A stretch of DNA of 64,000 nt from Octopus sinensis (GCF_006345805.1 NC_043001.1:135098001-135162000); one strand, 5' to 3'; positions 1-11,834 are shown, numbered from the stretch's first letter. Notes: a model not told the origin generated them from the sequence alone. Numbers and translations: made by a program.

Positions 1-287
1 TTTAGAGAATCGTCTCTTTGAAATTGGTGTCGTTGTTGGTGTTTAGCTCCAGGCCGACTCTTATTGAGCAGACCTAATGAGTAGGCGTATGGTAGCAATG
101 ACCATGGGTTTCAGTCAAGTACTGAGGTCGAATTAATCGTGTTGTTTTCCTTCCGCCGCTAGCGATGTGGCCTTGTGCTTATGTTAGATATCATTATGTA
201 CGTCGTAAGATTTTATGCTTGTGGCACTGTCTATGGAATGTGTGTGCGTGTGTGTATGTATAAATATATATATGTGTGTGTCTGTGC

Positions 288-321
<34 letters not shown>

Positions 322-486
322 CGTAAAGTGTACTAGCCATCTGAATGTGGCTAGCCACTGGGGGTGGGTGTTACTGAAGCTTATAGCCCCAGGAGATCAT
401 CGTCTCCAGCTGGCTTTAAACACACTTTCTGTGCCCTTCTGATATTCGCAAAGAGAGGTCATCCCCTCTCGAAAACCTAAGTGATA

Positions 487-531
487 CATACGGACTATAG
501 TTTCGAGGTATTTGCCTCTCGTCAACGTACG
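487..531 (-). ncRNA. Minimal type I hammerhead ribozyme motif (U3 variant)
   Basis: Minus strand reads CGTACG-TTGACGA-GAGG-caaata-CCTC-GAAA-CTATAG-TC-CGTATG: 6-bp stem I (one G-U), stem II GAGG/CCTC, palindromic stem III CTATAG, GUC triplet. Confidence 0.8.
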
Positions 532-561
532 GTAATCACCGATTTTCGATTGGAGTGACCT

Positions 562-601
562 GTTGACGAGTGGCAAATACCTCGAAACTATAGTCCGTAT
601 G
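562..601 (+). ncRNA. Second copy of the same hammerhead motif, stem I truncated at the inversion point
   Basis: G-TTGACGA-GTGG-caaata-CCTC-GAAA-CTATAG-TC-CGTATG. One stem II mismatch, and most of the 5' strand of stem I is missing. Confidence 0.6.
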
Positions 602-812
602 TATCACTTAGGTTTCCGAGAGGGGATGACCTCCCTTTGCAAATAGCAGAAGGGCACAGAAAGTGTGTTTAAAGCCAGCTGGAGACGATGATCTCCCGGG
701 GCTATAAGCTTCAGTAACACTCACCCCCAGTGGCTAGCCACATTCAGATGGCTACTACACTTTACGTTGTCGAGCGGTTACTGTTTACATCTCGTTCGGA
801 GATTTATTAATG

Positions 813-894
<82 letters not shown>

Positions 895-1609
895 CATACA
901 TACACTCATAAATGTATGCATATGTGTGCATGTATGTATGATTAGTTTCTGTATGCATATGTCTATCTGTACGAATGTTCGCGTGAGACTGCATTAATGT
1001 ATATGTATGTCTCTCCTAAGAGCCCGTAAACTGTTAACCTGTAAGTGTTATATGAACAGAATGGGATTACAAAGACATCAGTATTTTTTTCTCTTCTCAT
1101 TATAGTTGAACATCTTATTTCCTGTGCCAAACTGACCTTTAAATGTTCGCTCTAGTTCCGTGAAAATATTAATTGGGCTAGACTTAAATATTTAAAATGG
1201 AAATAGGTTAGCACGTTTCTTGAATTATAAACTAGTTTCCTTCAAAAAATAATTCCTTCAGTTTCACTAAAATTTATCTTCTAATATTCCTATATTTTAA
1301 AATTTTATTTTTCAAGAAATACGTATTTGGCGACTTGGCAAATGTTGAAGACCAATATTTTAAAATAGTAATGCTTATTGCCCGAATAATTTTGCAGTAT
1401 TAAAGGTCAACCACTTAGTATTCTAAAATCATTCGAGGTGCGGTGAACAGTAATTGTTTCTTACAGCTTGGTTTGCAGGCATGAAGATTAGTACATCATC
1501 TTAGCATAAGGTTATTTACTTATTTTTAACCACCGATAAAGGACAAATGGGTAGAATGTCGGTTTAAAAAAAAAACTTTACTAGTCGGGTGGCTAGTGTT
1601 CCAGACAGT

Positions 1610-1986
1610 GGAGGCGCAATGGCCCAGTGGTTAGGGCAGCGGACTCGCGGTCATAGGATCGCGGTTTCGATTCCCAGACCGGGCGTTGTGAGTGTTTATT
1701 GAGCGAAAACACCTAAAGCTCCACGAGGCTCCGGCAAGGATGGTGGTGATCCCTGCTGTACTCTTTCATCACAACTTTCTCTCACTCTTACTTTCTGTTG
1801 TACCTGTATTTCAAGGGGCCAGCCTTGTCACTCTCTGTGTCACGCTGAATATCCCCAAGAACTACGTTAAGGGTACACGTGTCTGTGGAGTGCTCAGCCA
1901 CTTACGCGTTAATTTCACGAGCAGGCTGTTCCGTTGATTCGAATCAACCGGAACCCTCGTCGTCGTAACCGACGGAGTGCTTCCAC
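1610..1986 (+). mobile_element. tRNA-derived SINE family A, full length
   Basis: Head GGAGGCGCAATGGCCCAGTGG (A box) ... GGTTTCGATTCCC (B box), end CCGACGGAGTGCTTCCA. 15-bp TSD AGTGTTCCAGACAGT at 1595-1609 and 1987-2001. Confidence 0.93.
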
Positions 1987-2080
1987 AGTGTTCCAGACAG
2001 TAAAACTGAGGGTAGTAGATTGAATTCTATCGTGATATGCGTGGTCGATCGATCTGCAAGAAATATTTCTATTGTTTTAA

Positions 2081-2495
2081 TTACTCTTTTACTCTTTTAC
2101 TTGTTTCAGTCATTTGGCTGCGGCCATGCTGGAGCACCGCCTTTAGTCGAGCAAAATTGACTGCAGGACTTATTCATTGTAAGCCTAGTACTTATTCTAT
2201 CGGTCTATTTCGCCGAACCGCTAAGTTACGGGGACGTAAACACACCAGCATCGGTTGTCAAGCGATGTTGGGGGGGGGGGGCAAACACACAAACACACAC
2301 ACACACACACGCACACACACATATATATGTATATATACGACGGGCTTCTTTCAGTTTCCGTCTACCAAATCCACTCACAAGGCTTTGGTCGGCCCGAGGC
2401 TATAGTAGAAGACACTTGCCCAAGGTGCCACGCAGTGGGACTGAACCCGGAACCATGTGGTTGGTAAGCAATCTACTTACCATACACCCACTCCT
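2081..2495 (-). mobile_element. tRNA-derived SINE family B (internal microsatellite, (GTAAAAGA)n tail)
   Basis: Minus strand: head GGAGTGG.TGTGTGGTAAG...GGTTCAGTCCC, body with (TA)/(TG) tract, tail GTAAAAGAGTAAAAGAGTAA. More than 10 homologous copies in the window. Confidence 0.9.
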
Positions 2496-2762
2496 AATTA
2501 AGAAAAGATATATTAGATTGTCCTGTTGTCCTGAAGCATAGCCGTCATTCGCATGCGTGAATGACTTGGTAGCAAGAACAATGTTTTTTGCTATGTAGTC
2601 ACTTACAAATATAGACCCCCTTCTTGACTCTGCGACACTTGGCCCCATGGAACACCCAGAACGTAACAACTAGCAGGAGAGACGATTGCACTTACACCAG
2701 ACTGGAACTAATAGTAAATCGAGTTGACTGGAACACTCTGAAAGGAAATGATTATCGTTGAA

Positions 2763-2994
2763 GGCGGCGAGCTGGCAGAAACGTTAGCACGCTGGGCGAA
2801 ATGCTTTGTGGTATTTCGTCCGCCTTTACGTTCTGAGTTCAAATTCCACCGAGGTCGACTTTGCCTTTCATCCTTTCGGGGTCGATTAAATAAGTACCAG
2901 TTACGCACTGGGGTCGATATAATCGACTTAATCCGTTTGTCTGTCCTTGTTTGTCCCCTCTGTGTGTAGCCCCTGGTGGGCAATAAAGAAATAA
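2763..2994 (+). mobile_element. SINE family C with Nin/Deu-like core
   Basis: GGCGAGCTGGCAGAAACGTTAGC head, B-box-like GAGTTCAAATTC, core GCCTTTCATCCTTTCGGGGTCGAT..AAGTACC resembling the Nin/Deu SINE domain. Confidence 0.85.
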
Positions 2995-3009
2995 GGAAAT
3001 GATCATCGT

Positions 3010-3390
3010 TTCAAATTTTGGCACTTGCTCAGAAAGTTTGGTGGGAGACAGTCGATCACACCGGCCCCGGTGCTCAATTCATTCTTTATTTCATCGACCC
3101 CGAATGAATGAAAGGCAAAATTGACCGCGACGGTATTTGAACTTGGAACGTAAAGTACTTTGTCCGACGTGCTTAACGATTCTACTAGTTCTATGTCGTA
3201 TGAATGAAAGAATATTCTTTTCTACTCTAGGCACAAGGCCCGAAGTTTTTTTTGGGGGGAGCCAGTCGATTAGATCGACCCCAATGCTCAACGGGTACAT
3301 ATTTTATCGATGCCGAAAGGATGAAAGGCAAAGTCAACCTCAATGGCATTTAATCTCAGAACGCAGAGATAGACGAAATGCCGTTAAGTA
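3010..3390 (-). mobile_element. Two diverged SINE family C copies in tandem
   Basis: GAAAGGATGAAAGGCAAA...ATTTGAACT-like cores at about 3100-3150 and 3315-3360, with the alternative tail (TCTACTCTAGGCACAAGGCCCG on plus). Confidence 0.75.
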
Positions 3391-3411
3391 TAAATTTTAG
3401 ACATGTTTACC

Positions 3412-3742
3412 TTTTACTTTTTTTCCTTGTTTCAGTCATTAGTCTGCGGTCATTTTACGCCACTGACTTAAAGGGTTTGACTGGGAAAAATCGACCCCTG
3501 TACTCATTCATTAAGATACGGGAATGTTAGCAAGCCAACAGCAGTTGTCAAGTGGTAGGGGAAAACACAAAGACACGCATGTGCACATACGATGGACTTC
3601 CATAATGTTTCCTTCTACTAAATTCGCTCGCAAAGTTAAGGTTGACGCTGGGTGCTGTGCAATACGATTGAATCCGAAACCACATGGTTGCAAAGCTAGC
3701 TTCTTAACCACACGAACATTGACCGTGCCTATAAATTTTTTT
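3412..3742 (-). mobile_element. Diverged SINE family B
   Basis: TTTCAGTCATT...GAAACCACATGGTTG...ACCACAC similarity to other family B copies. Confidence 0.7.
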
Positions 3743-3828
3743 TTTTTTAAACTGTGACTTGAAACCGCGCCGCCTCTGTGAAAACTAGGAATCCATCCAA
3801 ATACTTTAAATGTCTTACATTGTATTCT

Positions 3829-4211
3829 GGAGGCGCAATGGCCCAGTGGTTAGGGCAGCGGACTCGCGGTCGGAGGATCGCGGTTTCGATTCCCAGATCG
3901 GGCGTTGTGAGTGTTTATTGAGCGAAAACACCTAAAGCTCCACGAGGCTCCGGCAGGGGGTGGTGGTGATCCCTGCTGTACTCTTTCACCACAACTTTCT
4001 CTCACTCTTACTTCCTGTTTCTGTTGTACCTGTATTTCAAGGGGCCGGCCTTGTCACTCTCTGTGTCACGCTGAATATCCCTGAGAACTACGTTAAGGGT
4101 ACACGTGTCTGTGGAGTGCTCAGCCACTTACACGTTAATTTCACGAGCAGGCTGTTCCGTTGATTCGAATCAACCGAAACCCTCGTCGTCGTAACCGACA
4201 GAGTGCTTCCA
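3829..4211 (+). mobile_element. SINE family A, full length
   Basis: High identity to 1610-1986. TSD unclear. Confidence 0.92.
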
Positions 4212-4533
4212 TCCCATTGTTAATAACTGACATATAGAATAATGCTATTGCCGTTTCTAGCTTCAATTAAGCAAATATTGTACAGCATCCTTATATTGGT
4301 TAATGAGTTCATTCACTGTGGAGAGACTCCACATGATTCTGAAGTGTGCTGGCTGTCTCCGAGACACCTGATACGTTCTAGATAGAATTAATTAGCTCTC
4401 TGAAGATTTTATTTTGTATTAAAGACTATTCCATTGTAATATGGTTAAATACAGTAAAATATTCACGTCTGTATCAACTCTGCCTTTTCTTTTTATTGCT
4501 TCACACCTAACTATTATAAGCATTTGTGGGATG

Positions 4534-4657
4534 TGGAAGCACTCCGTCGGTTACGACGATGAGGGTTCCGGTTGATCCGAATCAACGGAACAGCCTGCTC
4601 GTGAAATTAACGTGTAAGTGGCTGAGCACTCCACAGACACGTGCACCCTTAACGTAG
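4534..4657 (-). mobile_element. SINE family A, 3' fragment
   Basis: TGGAAGCACTCCGTCGG...CCCTTAACGTAG, the reverse complement of the last about 125 nt of family A. It abuts a family C fragment (4656-4765). Confidence 0.88.
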
Positions 4658-4785
4658 GATGAAAAGCAAAATGGACCACGGCTGATTTGAACTCAGAACA
4701 TAAGGACGGACGAAATGCTGCTAAGCATTTTGCCCGGCATCCTAACGATTCTGCCAGCTTACCGCGTTAGTTTTTGTATTATATA

Positions 4786-5130
4786 TCATCATCATCATCA
4801 TTGTTCGACCGTGGTCGAGACAATGGAATTTACCATGCTACGCCTAGACTTCACGGTCCATCATGGCATTACGGAGGTCCTGTTGCTGGATGCCTGTATC
4901 CCTGGAGATTACATCAGGGTAGGAGAGTGTGCGCCCTCTGGTATTGCGAGTAGATGGCTTCCAGAGGAGAAGAGCAGAAATTACTTCTTTTTCAGCTCTA
5001 CAACAATGTCCAGCAAACTGGACTCTCCTACCTTTCACAAGAGATGACACAGGTGGTAGTTTCCCATGTATTTGCATTTTGGTTGGATGGCGCTTCCACG
5101 AAAGATTTTGAGCTCTCATAAGGAGGCGAG
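4786..5130 (-). mobile_element. RTE-clade LINE 3' end (ORF C-terminus plus (ATG)n tail)
   Basis: Minus translation TRLLMRAQNLSWKRHPTKMQIHGKLPPVSSLVKGRRVQFAGHCCRAEKEVISALLLWKP... fits the RTE C-terminal pattern (SW..H...RR..F.GH). Followed by (ATG)n. Confidence 0.8.
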
Positions 5131-5131
5131 T

Positions 5132-5513
5132 GGAAGCACTCCGTCGGTTACGACGACGAGGGTTCCGGTTGATCCGAATCAACGGAACAGCCTGCTCGTG
5201 AAATTAACGTGTAAGTGGCTGAGCACTCCACAGACACATGTACCCTTAACGTAGTTCTCGGGGATATTCAGCGTGACACAGAGAGTGACAAGGCCGGCCC
5301 TTTGAAATACAGGTACAACAGAAACAGGAAGTAAGAGTGAGAGAAAGTTGTGGTGAAAGAGTACAACAAGGATCACCACCATCCCCTGCCGGAGCCTCGT
5401 GGAGCTTTAGGTGTTTTCGCTCAATAAACACTCACAACGCCCGATCTGGGAATCGAAACCGCGATCCTCCGACCGCGAGTCCGCTGCCCTAACCACTGGG
5501 CCATTTCGCCTCC
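5132..5513 (-). mobile_element. SINE family A, full length, inserted in the RTE fragment
   Basis: 12-bp TSD AAGGAGGCGAGT at 5120-5131 and 5514-5525. Confidence 0.93.
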
Positions 5514-5956
5514 AAGGAGGCGAGTATTATATATATGAATGTAATAGTTATAGAAATTAAATGTATAATATACAGTGTAATAATTATATTCGCATTATAT
5601 ATTATATATTATGTATTTTATTCTGTTTTATTATTTGCATGATTCCCTCGATCCGTGGAAAAATTGTCTACTGTGAAATCAGTCTATAAAGCAAATGTTT
5701 TTGGAGACTGTTAGTCTATTTCACTCCATTAACTTTAAACATATGGCAAGACATTTACCCGATAAATATTACACCACCAAAATGTAAAGAGTGATTTATA
5801 CACGGCGTTATTTAAGTGCAAATGTTATATTTGAGAAATACAGAATATCTTCGAGGAAAAAAAATCGACATTTGACGAAGGTTGGGCATTGTATAAAATG
5901 CGTCGATAAACCGTACTAACACTGCTTCATTTTATAAGCAGTATCACCACCATTGT

Positions 5957-6338
5957 GGAGGCGCAATGGCCCAGTGGTTAGGGCAGCGGACTCGCGGTAG
6001 TAGGATCGCGGTTTCGATTCCCAGACCGGGCGTTGTGAGTGTTTATTGAGCGAAAACACCTAAAGCTCCACGAGGCTCCGGCAGGGGATGGTGGTGATCC
6101 CTGCTGTACTCTTTCACCATAACTTTCTCTCACTCTTATTTCCTGTTTCTATCGTACCTGTATTTCAAAGGGCCGGCCTTGTCACTCTCTGTGTCACGCT
6201 GAATATTCCCGAGAACTGCGTTAAGGGTACACGTGTCTGTGGAGTGCTCAGCCACTTACACGTTAATTTCGCGAGCAGGCTGTTCCGTTGATCGGATCAA
6301 CCGGAACCCTCGTCGTCGTAACCGACGGTGTGCTTCCA
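5957..6338 (+). mobile_element. SINE family A, full length
   Basis: High identity to other copies. Partial TSD CACCACCAT. Confidence 0.92.
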
Positions 6339-6620
6339 TCCAACACCACCATATATTAAAACGTGCGCCAGCTACACCCCGGCTTATAAGATGCATCAAC
6401 ACCACAGCTAAGATGCTCCAACAATATAACATCTAACAAAATGTACCAGCAACACTAAATCTTTAAAGTGCAGCAGTAACACCACATTAAATGAAACAAA
6501 ACCGACAATTTTTTTTATAATACGCTACATCTATTAATATTCCATATTTTGTTTCTGCTTCTTACCAACATAGATCGCTAATAGATAGCTGTGTATATGG
6601 TTTTACTATTCCAGTAACTG

Positions 6621-6985
6621 TTTTACTCTTTTACTTGTTTCAGTCATTTGACTGCAGTCATGCTGGAGCACCGCCTTTAGTCGAGGAAATCGACCCCAGG
6701 ACTTATTCTATCGGTCTCTTTTGCCGAACCGCTAAGTTACGGGGACGTAAACACACCAGCATCGGTTGTCAAGCAATGCTAGGGGGACAAACACAGACAC
6801 ACACACAAATATATATATATATATACATATATACGACGGGCTTCTCTCAGTTTCTATCTACCAAATCCCCTCACAAGGCCTTGGTTGGCCCGAGGCTATA
6901 GCAGAAGATACTTGCCCAAAGTGCCACGCAGTGGGACTGAACCTGGAACCATGTGGTTGGGAAGCAAGCTACTTCAGCACAAACA
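6621..6985 (-). mobile_element. SINE family B
   Basis: Same modules as 2081-2495. Confidence 0.88.
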
Positions 6986-7061
6986 CTTGATTCTCAATTA
7001 ATACCTCCAAATCCTCTTGCTTTCATATCTTTCACTGTCATCACTCCCACTACAACACTTC

Positions 7062-7063
<2 letters not shown>

Positions 7064-7155
<92 letters not shown>

Positions 7156-7157
7156 AT

Positions 7158-7219
<62 letters not shown>
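7064..7219. repeat. (TATC)n followed by (TA)n microsatellite
   Basis: About 22 TATC units, then TA repeats. Confidence 0.95.
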
Positions 7220-7220
<1 letters not shown>

Positions 7221-7437
7221 GAGGGGGCGGGGCAGAAAGTTCCTGGCTTTAAGGGTATTGCGAAAAGCCTGGCTGGAATCCCAACCTTCCGAGTTCTTTC
7301 ACAGGGCTTAGAAAAACTGAAGGACCGCTGCAATAAGTGTGTGAATCTGAGGGAGCAATATGTTGAATAAAATCATAATTAACCGAACCTCCTATATTTT
7401 CTTTCACACCAAACCAGGAATTTTCATAATCCTCTCG
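7220..7437 (+). mobile_element. Mariner-derived MITE
   Basis: Termini TA|CGAGGGGG...AAAGTTCCTGG and CCAGGAATTTT...CCTCTCG|TA, a mariner-type TIR in TA context. Further copies at 9865-9972 and 25677-25885. Confidence 0.8.
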
Positions 7438-8450
7438 TATATATATATATATATATATTATATGATACATTAAAAGTCAGCTTGAATCTAGCTTGCTTGC
7501 TTGCTTGCAATGTTACCCAGTCAAAGTAGCGCATAATGGGAAAATACTATGAATTAAATTTCCCCTGAAATGTTAATACGAACGGAATAAAACAAGTTTC
7601 ACGTAAATCGGACAAATGGGTTTTTAGATAGAGGTTTTCGGGTATAAATACTCAAAACGGTTCATAATGGGAAAATATTCCGAAAATAACTTAATCCTGA
7701 AAGGGAAGAAGCTCTTACCTATCGATTAGACACAGTGACTTGACAACGAAGAAATACGATTTGTTTTTTACAGTAAATGTTTCTATTTTAGCTTTTGTTA
7801 AAAACAATATTTTAATCATTTAGAAATATTTTTAAGTGAATGAAATTTCAAAAATGTAAGTTATTTGTACAGTAAGTATTTATATTTTAGCTTCCTGTAA
7901 ACAGACAATATTTTTATGTTTTTGAAAATTATTTTCAAGTGAATACCATTACAAAAAATGTTTTTGGCATAGTTAAAAAAAAGTATTTTAAAGTGAAAAT
8001 GACTTTAAAAATACGGTAGATATTTCGTAAAAGACCCGTTCGTAACCTCGGTGTGAAAAAGTTTTTTCCATAGATTTTTTTTCGAGTGCATTCAACGTAT
8101 TTCACCTCCAAAGATTTGGCTGCTATTTCTAGCATGCCATACTACACCGTAACAGCTATTTGCAATAAAGGACCCGAAATAGCTGTTACGTGGTAGAGGG
8201 GCGTGCAAGAAACAGTAGCCAAATCTTTCCTTTTCTGGGGAAAGTAGCCGTTCACGTGTGATTTCGCATTCCTTGAAAGCATGTGAAATAACCTAGAAAA
8301 GAAAAACAAATCCACGAAACAAAACTGTTGCTGGGAAACTCAGAGTTTTCCAGTGACCCAACGAGTCACGGGTGGTCTAGCCTGGTCTAGTATATGTATG
8401 TGTGTATGCATGTATGTATATATGTATACATACATACATGCATTCATACA

Positions 8451-8481
<31 letters not shown>

Positions 8482-8515
8482 TATATATATATATTATATA
8501 TATATATATATATAT

Positions 8516-8548
<33 letters not shown>

Positions 8549-8573
8549 CTATATATATCACCGTGATCACCAT

Positions 8574-8678
8574 GACCGACCAGACCATCAGATTTGTTAC
8601 ACATCGCTGGTCACAATGCGCTTCGCATTGTTTGAGCCTTCAAATGACGCCACCCCGCTGGCTAAGCGAGTAGGCCAA
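8574..8678 (-). mobile_element. 3' tail fragment of the alternative-tail SINE A variant
   Basis: CCAGACCATCAGAT.TGTTACACATCGCTGGTCACAATGCG...GGCCAA matches 62695-62795. Confidence 0.8.
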
Positions 8679-9123
8679 TATATATATATATAAATAGTGT
8701 GGTTTTAGAGTCAGATTTTGGCTGCTATTTTCAGCATTGCGGTATCTCGTAGATACCCTGAATTATAATTATATATATATATATTATAATATATATATAT
8801 AGGAGATATATAATATAATATATATATAGGAGATATATATATATATATATATATATTCAGCAACACCAGTCAACATATTGTACTGCTCAACGAAGGATTT
8901 TGCCCTAAACGTTAGATTCCTTTACTTCCTTAATGCAAAATAATTTATTCCACTTTGTAAACTGTTTGTACCAACATCATTTACCGACGTCGACTGTCGC
9001 TAGTTTCCGGGGAATTCTACTGTTTCACATACGTCTCTAATGATGTCTTTCAGCAAACGCCATTAACATTATTACTGTCTGCTGTTTCAATCTCATATTA
9101 CCCAGAGCACCAATTATCACTTA

Positions 9124-9619
9124 CTAGCAGTATCGCCCGGCGTTGCTCGGGTTTGTAAGGGAAATAACTATATAAGCATTTTTAGAGAGTTATAGCCAAA
9201 AAGTAGCAAAAAAATGCATTAAAATGGAAAAAAAAAATGATGGTAAATTTTTTTTTAATCTTTGACTCATCGTAGACATTTTTAGAGAGTTACTTCCCTT
9301 ATATAATAGCGAAAAAATGCATTAAAATGGAAAAAATGATGGTAAATTATTTTTAAATCGTTGACTCATCGTAGACATTTTTAGAGAGTTACTTCCCTTA
9401 TATAATAGCGAAAAAATGCATTAAAATGGAAAAAAAGATGGTAAATTATTTTTAAAATCGTAGACTCATCGTAGACACGCGCTAATACCCAGAAGGGCTC
9501 GATATGAATCACGACTATAAGATACCCGGTTTTGGTTAAACTGCACCGCAAAATGTGGGAGTAGTTAGGAATCTAAATCGTAGGAGACAGACACACAACT
9601 TCACTTTTATATATAAAGA
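9124..9619 (-). mobile_element. Non-autonomous Helitron
   Basis: Minus strand starts A|TC TTTATATATAAAAGTG and ends with a subterminal hairpin CCCGAGCAACGCCGGG, then CTAG|T. Internal about 99-100 bp tandem repeat, about 3 copies (9177-9475). Confidence 0.8.
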
Positions 9620-9864
9620 TGTACACAGACAAACAGACAGACGCACACACACACACACAAAGACCGACCGTCAATTGGCAGAATCGTAAATGTCTTGGTC
9701 CTATACGCCTGGGGCTAGAATCCTATGATCTAATGATGTCAGTTTTGCTTGCCATCCCCTCTGGATCTATAAATAACGTACATGTCTCCCGCTGGGGTCA
9801 ATTTTCTTATCTTGCGCTATTTCTTTCTGTCTGTCTGTCTGTCTGTCTCCCTAGGAAAAGAAAA

Positions 9865-9972
9865 TCTTCAGTTTTTCTAAGCCTGTGAAAGAACTCGGAA
9901 GGTTGGGATTCCAGCCAGGCTTTTCGCAATACCCTTAAAGCCAGGAACTTCTGCCCCCCCCCCGCCCCCTCG
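9865..9972 (-). mobile_element. Mariner-derived MITE, partial
   Basis: Reverse complement of the left half of 7220-7437, ending ...CCCCCTCG|TA. Confidence 0.8.
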
Positions 9973-10046
<74 letters not shown>

Positions 10047-10057
10047 TAGATAGATAG

Positions 10058-10349
10058 AAAGCCTTGTGAGTAGATTTAGTAGACGGAACTGAAAGAAGCC
10101 CGTCGTATATATGTATGTATATATATATAAGTGTGTGTGTATATGTTTGTGTGTCTGTGTTTGTCCTCCTAGCATTGCTTGACAACCGATGCTGGTGTGT
10201 TTATGTCCCCGTCACTTAGCGGTTCGGCAAAAGAGACCGATAGAATAAGTACTGGGCTTACAAAGAATAAGTCACGGGGTCGAGTTGCTCGATTAAAGGT
10301 GGTGCTCCAGCATGGCCTCAGTCAAATGACTGAAACAAGTAAAAGAGTA
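10058..10349 (+). mobile_element. SINE family B, 3' part
   Basis: GCCTTGTGAGT...CAAGTAAAAGAGTA. Confidence 0.88.
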
Positions 10350-10796
10350 TGCTTAAAGCTTATAAGCGATTACCGATATATGTAAACTGTTTTTACGACC
10401 AATTACATGATAGGATCTGTTCTCTTGTGCCCTTTTGTTTTAGTAATCAATACTTTTTTTTACAAATTTATTGCTCAAAACGTGAATTCATTTAATTTTT
10501 ATTAAGGTTTTTACTGAGATAATTTGTGATATAAATACACACACACACGCACACACACACACGCACACACACACACATTCTTGAGGCTGCTATGTAACAA
10601 ATGTATTAGCCGCAATCACGTGACATTAATGGTATTTTAGATTATGCTATCGATTTCCATTACAATGCTGCAAATAATTTTAAATCACGCTTGCAAATTG
10701 CTTAAGCATGAAATTTTAAGCACCCGAATATAATTTCTATAGCATTTTAAATAGGTAATTTGTATGTATATATGCATCATGTTTATTTGTATTTGC

Positions 10797-10876
<80 letters not shown>

Positions 10877-11325
10877 GCATATGAACCAATACGCAGAGCT
10901 TGTGACAAATTCATTTATTCACAATTATGAACAAACAGGTAGAAAATTTTTCTGTATCGCGTATTCTTTGTATTGATAATTGAATAGATGAATGGTTGAA
11001 CTACTTTTTAGCGATTTCCCCACCCTCCATTAAAACTCGATGGAAAAATCTTGTTTCCATGTATTGACGGATATTTTGGCTCGTATGTTGTCACGCAACT
11101 TTCTCGGTGAAATAAAAATTCAGAGAGACGCTTGAAGAAGTTTCTACGTCTACGGGAATATGCACGTTTTTATTTTAAAGTTTAAATACTTTGTCTTCGT
11201 TTGAAAACATAAACCTTCTCTAAACCATAAATATGCGTGCGTCTATGTAGTCTATCATGCGTGCATCAGTCTCTATCTATCTATCTATCTATCTATCATC
11301 TATCTATCTATCATCTATCTATCTA

Positions 11326-11388
<63 letters not shown>

Positions 11389-11519
11389 AGTTCAGCAAAA
11401 CTTAGACTCAGATAAATATGGTACTTAAGCCAAAGGCACCAGAATTTTGTATGGTATTATCCATATAAATCCACGGGGTGATTATAATCAAAATAAGCAA
11501 CAAGTATGTCCGAGGTAAT

Positions 11520-11605
11520 GTGGTACGATCGTTTCATGCTACTTCATTTTATTAAACACTGTAAGCATTACATCAGTTTTAAAATGTCGAGCAATCTTCA
11601 GCCAC
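11520..11605 (-). ncRNA. Type I hammerhead ribozyme motif with long stem II
   Basis: Minus: GTGG-CTGAAGA-T-TGCT-(about 50 nt)-AGCA-T-GAAA-CGATCG-TA-CCAC. Canonical core, 4-bp stem I, palindromic stem III, GUA triplet, U-U at 10.1/11.1. Confidence 0.72.
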
Positions 11606-11834
11606 CTTTAGAAATTTTCCAAACAACCGGACAATGCACATTCATATCCCCAATTCATTTGCCAACATTATAAAAAGGGTAGATATACAGAGAGGTTGAT
11701 TTCTTCCTTAAGAACATGATAGTATTATAACTACTCGCTGACTGTAGATTATACTTTGTTATATATTACCATTTTTTACCCCTCTGCGAAAACATCTCAG
11801 AATTTTAATTGATTTGCTTTTCGCAGGAAGGAAA

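Larger units (their letters stand above)
320..818. mobile_element. Penelope-like pseudo-LTR / retrozyme-like unit as a head-to-head inverted pair between (TA)n tracts
   Basis: 320-526 and 562-768 are near-perfect reverse complements (about 207 bp arms, 35 bp spacer). Each arm carries a hammerhead motif pointing outward. (TA)n lies at the left end and at about 818 on the right. Confidence 0.8.

Noticed and set aside
800-890. Single-base phase flips (…TATAATATA…) inside many (TA)n tracts
   Set aside because: They recur in unrelated tracts and may be long-read consensus indel errors. Cannot be judged without reads.
1610-1690. tRNA gene at SINE A/B/C heads
   Set aside because: A and B boxes are present, but there is no complete cloverleaf and each is followed by a SINE body with TSD.
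8880-8920. Decayed hammerhead-like CTCAACGAAGG...CCCTAAACGTT after (TA)n
   Set aside because: Too many core changes to support.
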